Source: Prorocentrum cordatum
Taxonomy: Eukaryota
Assembly (NCBI GenBank): GCA_963575745.1
Contig: CAUYUJ010000015.1
Coordinates: 434,001 to 498,000 of the forward strand
Direction of reading: 5' to 3'
Length of the DNA stretch: 64,000 nt
The notes beneath the pieces were generated by a model, which was given only the letters and a program-made list of their open reading frames with translations, was not told the DNA's origin and searched no databases. The translations under genes and the position numbers were made by a program. This document shows, in pieces, positions 33,750 to 46,197 of the stretch; the first letter of the stretch is position 1, and every line of letters begins with the position of its first letter.

Positions 33750-36700
33750 ATGCCAGGACATGCTGGTAGTTCTCGGTCTGGCGGCGGTGCTTTTGACCCT
33801 GCTGCATTGAACAGCTGTGCTTCTCAGCCTGCGGCAATGAACAGCGCTGCTCCTCAGCGCAGTGCAGTGAGCGGCCCTGTGCGAACGCTCGTCGAGCACA
33901 TCAAGCAGTTCAACCGGATATCGAAGCGCAATAATGGAACGTCCGAAGAAGAACGGGCCGAAAACAAGTTGTACAAACGTTTCTTGTATCATTGCGACAG
34001 CATCCCCACGGACGTTTTGCTGGAGTTGCGGGCGCTCGACGGCGCCTTGTCCTCAGAGCGGAAACAGAAGACCGAGGAGCTCAATCGTGCATTGAACAGC
34101 GGTGCTCCTCAGCCTGCGGCAATGAACAGCGCTGCTCCTCAGCGTGCTGCATTGAGCGGCCCTGTGCAAACGCTCGTCGAGCACATCAAGCAGTTCGGTT
34201 GGATACCGAAGCGCAATAATGGAACGTCCGAAGAAGAACGGGCCGAAAACAAGTTGTACAAACGTTTCTCTTACCATTGCGACAGCATCCCCACGGACGT
34301 TTTGCAGAAATTGCGGGCGCTCGACGGCGCCTTGTCCTCAGAGCGGAAACAGAAGACAGAGGAGCTCAATCGGAAACGGAAGACCGAGGAGCTCATGCAA
34401 CAAGTGCGCGACCTCGGCCGCCTCCCGAAGGAGAATGCCGGGCGTTCCCTCGCAGAGCGGCAGCTGGCAGAGAGAGTCCGGAGAGCTCGGAACGCCAAGC
34501 AGTTCTCCCCGGAGCACCTCGCCGAGCTCCAGGCCTTCAAGCAGGCGGAGAGCGAAACCACAGCAGCGACTCGCATCGCGGAGGCGGAGAGCTTCCCAAA
34601 CCCCATGGAAGGGTTCGCTGAGGAGGCGCAGAACAGGATCGACCAGGACCTGCTGATGCTCGAGAGCGGCATCCGCACCAAGGCAATCCTGCGGCGCCTT
34701 GCCGCCTACAAGGAGCTTGTGTCCAGCCTCTCTGGGCAGCACGAGGAATTCGCGCGGCGGCGCGCGGAGCGGGTGCGCAGGGCTTCGGCCGCTCCCGCGG
34801 GGAAGAGCTGCTACGTTCCCGGCGGCGAGGTGGAGGGGGAACAGCTGCGCGTCTTCTCCACCCGTCCCTTGATGACGGGGCCGCTCGTGCGCCAGCTCTG
34901 CGATTGCGACTTTGTTACAGAGGAGGACTTTGCGCGGCGCAAGCAGCAGGCCCACGCGGGCGAGGCCGAATACCGCAAACGGGTGCTGTTCCTGATGGCG
35001 GAGGCCGGCTGCAGGCCGATAACCGCCCGGGAAAAGAGGCTCATGGTGCAGAATTTTGCTCACTTCCAGCAATTCTGTCACCCGGGCAGCAAGGGCAACC
35101 GCTTCTCCGGCAACGAGGTAGTCCCCCGATGCGAGGCAGCGCGCGTAATCTGCGCGCAGAAAGATTACCTTGACCACCGCCACAAACTCTGCCTCTTGGG
35201 CGCTGTGCCGGAGGAGCGTGTATCCGAGCATTGCGAGGGCGCGGAGACCGACCAGGACGACGTGTCCGAGGGCGAGGCGAATGCGCGACCCGCGCGCACC
35301 CTGCTGAAGCACCGCGGGGTGTACTACTTGCAGTCTCCGGAGCTCGTGCACAAGGTCCTTGACGTCGACAGGTACAGGCAGCGGTGGCCTTTGATACCGT
35401 GCGAGCAGCTGCACGCATCCAGCGTGCAGCATCCGGAGCATCCAGAGTGGCGGTGGCTGCTGCACACCCGTAGAGTCCCTGTGGTTGCACCATCGGAAGC
35501 TACGGCGAGCACACGCGGTGCTTCTCAGTCTGCTGCCGACAGGTCCGGCGGGGCTTCTCAGCCTGCAGACGAGAGGCCTCCGTGCGCAGGGGTCGGAGAT
35601 GACACCGCGTTGGCGTGGGCGTGCTGGGAGTGCCTCACTGACCTGTGCGCCAAGAAACCGAAGATTCCGTTCGACGCCCTCGTGAACGACAACTGGATCG
35701 GCCGGGAGCTCGAGCACGTCCGCGGCGCTTCGAAGGCTACCAAGATGCCCGCGCCCCTTGGCCGATGCTGTTGGAAGCAAGTGCGTCTCGGCAAGGGCGC
35801 TCCAGATGTCCAGCAGAAGGGCATCTCGGGCAACACCATCCTTTTCGCCCAGCCCATAGCGGAAATCCCATCCATGGAGCTGCCCCCAGCGCCAGGCACC
35901 CTTGTGGACTCTCTGAACATCGTCTTCTCGGGCGCCGCGCACAATCTCAGCAGGGCGCACTCGGCAACAGTCAAGCGCGATGAGTACATGCGCATCGTGA
36001 GGGAGCGCAAGCAGCAGTGCGCAACCTTTTCCGAGGTGTCCGTCCGGGAGGACGTCGCCTCGACACGGCTGCCCCAGGACGGCGTGCCAGACCACATCCA
36101 GGCCTGTCTGCAACCAGTGGACGGTGCCGACAAAGCTCCGGTACGTCTGTTCGGGCCAGCAGCCAGGGCGCCAGAGGTGGGAAGAGACGACGTGGCGGGA
36201 GATGAGTCTGACCAGGAGAAAGAGTCAGACCATGACAATGAAGCAACAGCACAACCTGACATGGCCTACCTGCATGAAAATGTGGCAGAGTGCACACAGT
36301 TGCAGTGGATCCAGTGCATGACGTCGCTCCAGTCCGCATGATGCAAGCGTTGCAAGGCACGCTGGCGGCACTGCAGGAACAGGCAGCACGCATCGCAAAG
36401 AACGAAGCGACACCGACAGTGGCAGACAGCAGCGGTGCTCTTCAGCCTGTTGCAGACGAAGGCGGCAGGCATACTATGCACAGCATGGTTCTCGATGCGC
36501 AGACCGCTGCTCGTTCGTTTGACGATCGAGCGCAAATGGCACTGGAGACAGCGCAAGCAGGAGCAGACGCGCGCAGGGCGGTTGGCCCGCATTCCTTGTC
36601 GGTGCCTACGCAGAAACCCTTGAGTTCTTTCGACAGCAGGTCCTGGCTGGCGTGCTTCACAGAGTTCTGGTTCGGCGACGGCGCGCCGAACCTCCAGCGG

Positions 36701-39700
36701 GAGCGGCCCATGTTGTTCGAACAGGTCGCACGACGCCTCATCAATCTGGAGGAGCTCGAGTACTCTCTCGCGACCGACGAGGAGCCCTACGAAGCAGCCT
36801 GCCAGAGTCGCTTCAACTCGCCGGAGATCGTCGCGGCCCTCGGTGACGCGAAGCGCAGGCTGCAGCTCTTGAAGGGCACCCGAGCGGCGATAGGCAGGAA
36901 AGGCTTCGGCACTGACCTTCAGGTCCTTTCAGAGGCGTCGGCGGAGGATTTCATGGAGGCGCTGAACATCGCCAAGCCAGCCGACTGCATCGGCTCTGCG
37001 ATTTCACGCCCGGGTATGCCCGCCAAGGTCAAGAGTGCCCTCAGGACGTTGCTACTCAGCACTTCCGATGCGCCCGGCACCGAGGGTCGGAAAACCGCAC
37101 TCCGCCTCGACGGGCACGCCAACAACCTCAAGTTCGGCGCGGCCAGCTTTTTCGCCACACCGAACTTCGCGGACACGTACAGCCCGTTAGTCCTCCAGCT
37201 TCACGAAGGGCCCGGAAAGCGGAGCCATTTGCACATCCGCGAGGGCGCGGTTGGCGCGGTTGCCAGGGCCGCTGGTGCTTCTCAGCCTGCTGGCCCCGAC
37301 CTGCGGAGTCCAGCGCCGACCATGCCTTCTCTGGAGCGCATGCACCAGGTTGTGGCAGCAGACCCGCGGGCGCAGGCCAAGTTCTTTCTGCTGATGACCG
37401 AACTCCACTACCGCTACATCATCGGCTTGGAGCGCCTGCTTGTGGGCCGCACAACGCTAGCCCGACAGGCTGCGTCAACGGAGGACGAGGTGGCAGCGTC
37501 TCTGCAGCCATGCGTGGCGCCAGGCACCACTGACGTGCAGGCGCCCTTCGAAGCACAGGGGCGGGGCTTCGCGCATGGCCACGGCAAAGGCCACAGCGTC
37601 ATCGGTCCTACGATGGCGTGGCTGCGATCCGCCGTGGTCGGAGGGCTGCGCACCGCCGCTCGGAAGCTGCGAACTGCGGTTCTTTCCACCGCCATGACCG
37701 TGCAGTACGAAGCTACCAACGAGCCCGCGCGGCAGCTGGGCCTTCCTGACGTCGCGCTTGAGCCTTTCACGGCCAGGCAGCAGCGCCAGAGTCGCATGGA
37801 TGGAGGCGAAGAGGAGGACGGCACCCTGCGCGACGAGGTGCCGCTCGGCCCGCCGGTGGAGCAGCCGCACCTCGTGGAGGAGCGCGCTCGCGCGGCCGCA
37901 GAGAACCGGATGCCTGCAGTCGGCGCTGCAGCGTACCGGGGCCTCCCGCTCACAGGGGCCTTCCAGTCCACGTTTCCGGCCTACCGCCAGCGAGCCAGTT
38001 TCGGGCAACTTGATGGAGCTCCTCAGCCTGTCATGCCAAGCAGTCATGTCAGCCTCTTCGAGACCAACGAGGATGGAGCGATTGTGGGAGTCCTCAACCC
38101 AGATGGCTCGCCAGCCTCAGTCGACGAGATCAACGCAGGTGCGGGCGCGTGGGCCGCGGCATTCAGCCATGACTTCTTTTGCAGCATCTGCTCCAATCAC
38201 GAGCACGACTGCACCGAGACATGCGTCAAGTACGTCAAGAAGAAGCTCGAGGCCAAAGAGAGTCTGCGCTCGAACAGGACCCCCTCGTGCCGCTTCTGGT
38301 TCTTTCGCATCCAGCAGGTATGTCTCGCAGGCCGCACCAAACGAGCACGTCGGCGCGGCAAGCCTTTGGTCCGGACTCCCTTCATCGACTTTTCTGATGA
38401 CCGCAACCAACGGTGCCGCTGCCAGGTAAAACGCGATCAGCCGTTCAGGAGCTCCAGCAACGACGTCTGTCAGGTGACGAACCGTTGCAACGTGGATTTC
38501 CAATTTTTGATGTGCGCGCCTGACGAATCCGCCGATGCAGCAGAAATGCTTGAGCCTGGTGGTGCTGCTCAGCCTGCGCAGGACGAGCCGCCTGCGCCTG
38601 CCCCTGCCCAGCTGGTCAAGCGCAGAAGGCTCACCAAGAAGACAACCATCAAGAAAATCTTTGGCTCGACTATCGCTGTGCGCCCACCACAACACCTCAA
38701 GTGGCTCTACGGTTGTGGCTGCTTGCAGCCACAGGATGCGGCGGTCGCGGAGAGCTTCCAGGTGGCTTTCCAGAAGGCTTTCTCCATGGACTTCTACATC
38801 ACGAAATACCTAGGCAAGATGATGGAGTCCATGACGCCACTCTTCCAATCCATGCTCGGCGGCACGCAGCTTCTGGAACAGCAGGAAAAGGAAGAGCAGG
38901 AGCAGGATACCCTTGAGGTGCTGCGTGAGGGCGGCGCTGATGGAGAGGACCAGACGCTGACCAAGCGACCCCGCACGAACGAGGATCTCGCTCGCCGCGC
39001 TCGGCGAGTCTGTATCCGGCTAGCGTCGATGGCGAACCGCTGCTTCTGGCTCTCCACGACGGAAGTGGCGTTGCACATCCTCACGGGCGGCGACTGCCTC
39101 CAATCGCACCATCATGTGCGGCTCTTCACGAGACAGCTGCAGTGGGCCTGCCAACAGTGCATGCGCTTGCTGAACCATGAAGGCGTGGGAGAGCTGCAGC
39201 ATAATGACCAACTGCCAATACAAGCTGTCCGCATCCAGATCCCTATCGCCGCCGATGAGGAGGAGCACGCAGCAGGTGAGCCCAGTGGTGCTTCTGAGCC
39301 TCCTGGAGAGCTCTCCGCTGATGCTGACCAGAGTGGCGTTGCGGACTGCGAGGACATGCAAGTGTGCACCTCAAGCACGAACACGGCCGACGACTACGCT
39401 CACAGGGGCCCTCGCCTGCTGACAATGCCGCACTACATCTACCGGATGTACGTCCGGCGAGCCCCGAAGCCGAGCCGCCGGAAAGCTGCTGGACCGAGAT
39501 TCTTTCTCTTCGAGAACCACTATGTTATGGCTCCGCGGTGCGAGCAGGAGGTCCGGTTGACGCGGATGAACATCCCCACCATCGACGGCTTCCAGTGCCC
39601 GACCTGGGCACAGGACCCGGAACAAAACTCGCTCTTCAAGGCCCTCCTCTTCACGCCTTGGGCGTGCGAGGGACCCTTCTCTTGTGGCAGCGTTAACCAG

Positions 39701-42426
39701 TGCAGCCATATGTCGAGGAATTGCGCCTGCCCTGCCGTTCGCCCACACTCGTTCGAGCGGGCGCGGCGGCTTCGATGCGCGGAAATCCACGTACTGGCGG
39801 CGCGCGCAGACTCCAGGTGCCGCCTGGCTCGCAAGAGGCTCGTGCTCGCGGACACGACCCTCTTCTCCGAGCTGAAAGAGCCCCGGGCGAACCTCGACGA
39901 GGGCGAGCTGGTGCTCCTCAGCCTAACGCACTTCGCAAAGTTCCAGCTAGCGCGGCGCATGCCAGTGGAGGCGGCACGGCGCATCCTCGCCTTCAGTGAC
40001 CACCACTGCCGGTGGCGCGAGGAACAGTGCACCCTGGCGGAGTTCTGCGCGCACGTGGCGCGAGACGTGCTGGCGCACGTGGACCTCGCGGCGGAGGCGC
40101 GGGTTAAGCCTCGGCCAGCAGCGTCTGCACACCTCGAAGCGGATGAAGACTCCGCGAGCGACGCCGAAGAGCTCAAGAAGCGGGTCCCGCTGGAGCTGGT
40201 TGACGTGGGCGGAGGCAGCGGCAGCGACGTGGAGGAGGAAGTGGACGACGCCGCGATTACCGAGATCTTCCTGTTTCCGCTACGGGACCACGTCAGAGCA
40301 ACCGAGCTGGCCCTGCAGCAAGACCACTTGCAGCGCTTGGACCAGAAAAGCCGCCTCAGCTATGCCGATAAACAGTTGAGGAACCTCAACCGAGCGTACG
40401 GAGGCATGCTGCAGGCGAGCTCTGGACAGCCAGCCAGCAACGGCGCGCGAGAGCATCTGGGCACGCGGCTGGACGAGAGCTTTTCTGACATGCTGCCCCT
40501 TCAGCGGCAAACCATTGAGCTCCAGAAGAAGCAAGCGAGCCGGGATCCAGAGACCTTGCCTGATGCTGCTGACGACTGGCTACCCAGCGGTGCTCCGCAG
40601 CCTGCTGCTGAGGACGCGCAGCCGGAGTTCGTGCCGCAGCTCTTGGCCATGCAGGGCCCGGCGGCTGTTGCGTGGAAGCTTGTCACTGATGCCGAATGCA
40701 CGGAAGAGCAGATTGACGCGGTATCTTTGTTCACCCTGTCCTTGCAGAAACGTTTTGACGCCAGGCCAGACAAGACAACGCATCTGCTCCCCGTGGTGTC
40801 CGCGACGGGCAACCACAGAGCGATCTGGCTCGGGGGGGGCGGCGTCGGCAAGACACGCACCCTCTCTAAAGTGGTGGAGCCGATGGCCATCACGTACTTC
40901 GGCGAGCAGGGGCACCTAGGCAAAGCACAGTCCAATCACGCCGCGCACAATCTCGGCCCGCGCGGGAGGACGATGCATTCCTCCAACGGTCTGCTCATGT
41001 CGGATTCCATGCAGACCGCTAGGCTGCGCTTGACGCCGCAGACGCAGAACAAGCTGGACCGCCTCACCGGCACACTCGGCGTCGACGTGATCGATGAGCT
41101 GGGTGCTGTGCCGGGGCCCTTGCCGCATGCGGATGCACTTCGCACGACCCACAGCAGGGCGTTGCGCTACAACCTCGACCCCACGAAGTCCATGCGCCCA
41201 CAGGAGACGTGGGGGCGCATGGCGGTGAAGATCCTCTGCGGGGACTTCTACCAGTTGCCGCCAGTCCCCGCCAGCGCCTCCCTGCTGGCGCCTCACACTA
41301 ACCAGTCCTACGAGCACCAACAGGGTAGGAAGTTGCTCGCCGACTTCGAGGACGTCATCGACTTTGCGCAGATGCAGCGCTTTACAGACCCGTTGCAGCT
41401 CGAGGTCCTCCACGCCATGAGGACTCCAGGCGGCAAAAAGATCTCTGACGAGAGCTGGCAGGCGATCGTCAAAACAGAAGTCGTTGTCCCCAGCAGTGCT
41501 GCTCAGCCTGCTGCCACCAGCAGCGAAGCCGCTCAGCAACCTCACTGGGGCGACCGCTTGCGTGCAGCACGAGGCTGGTACGAGTCGGCATATGAGTGGC
41601 GCATCGTCTCTTACGCCATGCATGCGCAGGCCAAGCTTGATGCGCACGACGCTCGCCAGCTGCTCTTCTACGCGCCGGCAATCGACAGACCAGCTGCGCG
41701 CCCCGCGAAACCTGACTTCGACGAGATGCGCGCGGAGCCCAACATCGGCGCTACGGCAAAAATGCAAGGGCTGCTGCCGCTCTTTGTCGGCATGGAGGTC
41801 ATCCTGACGGAGTCTGTTTTGCCGCCTAAGTATGTCCGTGGCGCGCCGGGCAAGGTGGTAGGCATAGAGCTGCACGCTCTGGAGCCTCCGGTGGAGGGCC
41901 GTCCGTCCATTGTCTCGCATGGTATTGCGCTACTCCGCTACATGCCAAAGGCCGTTTATGTCAAGATCGACAACAGCGATGAAGTCTTCTTGAAGGCCGC
42001 GCCAGTGACAGCTGGCAGTGCTTCTCAGCCTGCCGGCCCCGACCTGCGCGGAGTGCTCGCGATCACTCCGCTGGCGCGCCCCTGGAAGTTCAAAGCGGCG
42101 ACAGGTGGTCCGGCCATCGCGGTTTCCAGGACACAGTTGCCCGTGCTGCCCAAGAAGCAGGGCACTCTGCATGGCGTGCAGGGCAAGACGGCGGACCCAG
42201 GCTTCATAGTGCACTGGACTTTTCCGCCGGGACTCAGGAAGGAGTCCATTTGGCTGGCCTACTACGTCAGCCTCTCGCGGCCCAGGAGCTTCCGCCAGCT
42301 CTTGAGCCACGGCTTGCCTGACCGGGGCATCATCGAATCCGGCCCCCCCGAACGGGCAATATTGCCGCGACGAAGATCGCTCGCGCGAAAGCCCGAGAAG
42401 AGATAGGCTGGCCTGCGCGAGCTTGA
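33750..42426 (+). mobile_element. Helitron (Helitron2/Helentron-like) RepHel gene of ~2,900 codons with two frame breaks (~36295 and ~42350): HA-like repeats, degenerate C2H2 finger, DUF6570-like region, HUH Rep, PIF1 helicase
   Basis: Rep: FGAASFFATPNFAD, EAQGRGFAHGHG (HUH), FYITKYLGK. PIF1: GGGGVGKT, VIDELG, LCGDFYQLPPV, QMQRF, TLHGVQGKT, YVSLSRPRS. DUF6570-like: CWECL...PFDALVNDNWIG...GISGNTILFAQP. An extra CA in TGCACACAGT explains the first break; a protein-like end (..KAREEIGWPARA*) stops at 42426. Termini not identified. Confidence 0.9.
33803..34372 (+). repeat. 285-bp (95-codon) in-frame tandem duplication encoding HA-like helical repeats
   Basis: GCATTGAACAGC at 33804 and 34089; a third, diverged unit follows (LMQQVRDLGRLPKE...FSPEHLAEL). 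Confidence 0.9.
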
Positions 42427-42432
42427 GGAACC

Positions 42433-43354
42433 GTGAGACACAGAGTGTCTTGGTGCCGCTGCCTGCTCTGCCAGCGATGCTTCTCAGCTTGCTGCTCCGA
42501 GCGTGCGTTCGGTTATATCTCTGCTTGCTTGGCGAGTTCTTATACGCCTTGCAGATAACCAGCGATGTTTACCTTCAGCCTCTCGCCTTGCAGCCGCCGC
42601 TGACATGCATGCGTCCGCGGTGCTTCTGAGCTCTCAGGTCCTGTTGTATCGCTTCACGGAATGACTCACTTGAGCCCGCAGCGCTTCTCAGCCTGCCATT
42701 GCTCTTGTGAGTGCTTCCAAACAGCGTTGAGTTCAGCACCAACCTATGTTTTATAGTGGATGCTCCTGTCATTTCGTTTCTAGACGCTTCGATGCTACGG
42801 CGGTCGGCCGTTGATCGGTTGATGGCAGTGTCCCATTCCGCAAAAAAATCTATTGATAACAGTGCCTCCGTTGTACCAACATCTATCATATCAGTGAGAC
42901 ACAGAGTGTATTGGTGCCGCTGCCTGCTCTGCCAGCGATGTTTCTCAGCTTGCTGCTCCGAGCGTGCGTTCGGTTATATCTCTGCTTGCTTGGCGAGTTC
43001 TTATACGCCTTGCAGATAACCAGCGATGTTTACCTTCAGCCTCTCGCCTTGCAGCCGCCGCTGACATGCATGCGTCCGCGGTGCTTCTGAGCTCTCAGGT
43101 CCTGTTGTATCGCTTCACGGAATGACTCACTTGAGCCCGCAGCGCTTCTCAGCCTGCCATTGCTCTTGTGAGTGCTTCCAAACAGCGTTGAGTTCAGCAC
43201 CAACCTTTTTTATAGTGGATGCTCGTGTCATTTCGTTTCTAGATGCTTCGATGCTACGGCGGTCGGCCGTTGATCTGTTGATAGCAGTGTCCCATTCCGC
43301 AAAAAAATATTTTGATCACAGTGCCTCCGTTGTACCAACTTCTATCATATCAGT
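42433..43354 (+). repeat. 461-bp near-identical tandem duplication just 3' of the Helitron ORF
   Basis: GTGAGACACAGAGTGT starts at 42433 and 42894; both copies end TATCATATCAGT. Confidence 0.93.
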
Positions 43355-43609
43355 CCCGCATGTGACGCCAGATCCATTGAACACATTTTTATCACTTCAA
43401 TGACACATGCATTAGTGGCACGCAGACGCTAGTGGATACAGAGAGAACCCACTTACTGGTATTACCATTCGCCGGCTTACCACTACTACCATTACCATTG
43501 TCCTTACCACTACTAGGCCGCTCGTATATATGTTTCTACACATCGTTGTTAGGTTGCTTTGCTGGGATAATTCTTGGAGACCGTACTCTTCTGGCGGATG
43601 ACTGTTCTT

Positions 43610-44370
43610 CCCACGGCCCCAGCGGCGCAGCCCGCATGTGGGCGACGCCCCCGTTTCGGCACACCCCTCACACGTCTCGTGGCACCGCACTGAGCTCCGC
43701 CTACAATCCCATCGGCGCAGCATGCACGTGGGCGACACCCTCGTTGCGGCAAATTCCCCGTTCAATTTGGGGCCCCACGGGGAATTCCACCCGCGGCCCC
43801 AGCGGCGCAGCCCGCCCGCATGCGACGCCCTGGATTCGGCACTTCTCTTACATGTCGCGGCCCCGCAGGAAACTCCACCCACGGTCCCAGTGGCGCAGCC
43901 GGCATGTGGGCGACACCCCCGTGTCGGTGCACCCCTCACACCTCTCGTGGCCCCACAGGGAGCTGCACCTACGGCCCCAGTGGCGCAGCCCGCATGTGGG
44001 CGACACCGCCGATTCGGCACACCCTTCACACGTTTCGCAGCCCCACAGGGAGCTCCACGTTCGGTCCCAGTGGAGCGGCCCGCATGTGAGCGACACCCTC
44101 GTTTCGGCACATCCCTCACACGCTTCGTGGCCCCACAGGGAGCTCCACCCACGGCCCCAGCGGGACAGCCTGCATGTGGGCGACGCCCCCGTCTCGGCAC
44201 ACCCGTCGCACATTTCGCGGCCCCACGGGGACCTCCTCACAGTGGCGCAACCGGCATGTGGGCGACACCCCCGTTTCGGCACACTTCTCACACGTTTCGT
44301 GGCCCCACAGGGAACTCCACCTACGGCCCCACTAGCACAGCCCGCATGCAGGCGGTGCCCCATGGGGACT
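43610..44370 (+). repeat. 90-bp satellite, about 8 diverged copies (same family as 58778-60580)
   Basis: CGGCCCCAGTGGCGCAGCCCGCATGTGGGCGACACCC...GGCACACCCCTCACACGTTTCGTGGCCCCACAGGGAGCTCC with 90-bp period. Confidence 0.9.
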
Positions 44371-44469
44371 TCCAAGTAGACGGTATTCACAGTTTCGGTT
44401 TCGTACCACATACCACGCTTCACTATACCAAGATTGGTGTTCAAACTATTATTGTTATTACAACTACCA

Positions 44470-45457
<988 letters not shown>

Positions 45458-45561
45458 GGCGGTCTCGTGCACCCCATCACCACGGCTCAACCACCTAGGG
45501 AAGAGCGTCCTTGTGGCTGCCTCATTGCCAGTATGTAACGGGCACCTCTTCTGGGTGAAAG

Positions 45562-46020
45562 GGCGGGTCTGACGTGCTTGCAGCGTCAGGCGCTTGTCCG
45601 AGGGCAGCTGGTCCCAACGGCCCAAAGTGAAGCGCTAGCGGCGGTGCAGCAGCACACGGGGCGACCCCAGTACCGCCACCCAGGCCAATTAGCGCGGGAA
45701 GACGCGAGCAGAGGCCAGGATGGCAAGCCAAAGGCGGGTCTGACGTACATGCAGCGGCAGGCGCCTGGCCGAGGGCAGCTGGTCCCTACAGCCCAAAGTA
45801 AGGCGCTGGCGGCGGCATAGCAGCACACGGGGCGACCCCAGCACCGCCACCAAGGCCTACTAGCGCAAGAAGGCGCGAGAGGAGGCCATGATGGCAGTCC
45901 AAAATGGCCAGGCGCCCGATGGCGACGCGGCAGTACACGGGGCGGCCCCAGCCCCGCCAGCGAGGCCCACGAGCGCAAGTAAGCGCGAGGGGAGGCCAAG
46001 ATGGCAAGCCAGTTGGCGGG
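45562..46020. repeat. 171-bp tandem repeat, about 2.5 copies
   Basis: GGCGGGTCTGACGT at 45562 and 45733; a partial third copy at ~45920-46020. Confidence 0.85.
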
Positions 46021-46197
46021 CCAGAGTAGCTAGGCGCACGGGTAACCATGCGCCGAGCAGAGGCTAAAGCCACAGGTGCAGCCACGCGAGGGGGGTGCCA
46101 CTGTGGGCACGCCGCACTACTGAAAGTGGCAAGCAAGACATCTTGCCTTGGACTCACGTGGCCTGTCGAGGGCTTGGTACCTGCTGGGCTTCATCAT

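Noticed and set aside
34338..36113. Long antisense ORFs over the Helitron, LINE and CRE genes
   Set aside because: Shadow frames expected from high GC and codon bias; no motifs
43358..43433. Helitron 3' end (loose hairpin GCATGTG..CATTGAA/TTCAATG..CACATGC followed by CTAG|T)
   Set aside because: The hairpin is long, AT-rich and interrupted, unlike the compact GC-rich canonical one; it cannot be supported without sister copies
45893..45915. SL-like GCCATTTTGG on the - strand
   Set aside because: Only a 10-nt match inside a tandem repeat, with no downstream ORF
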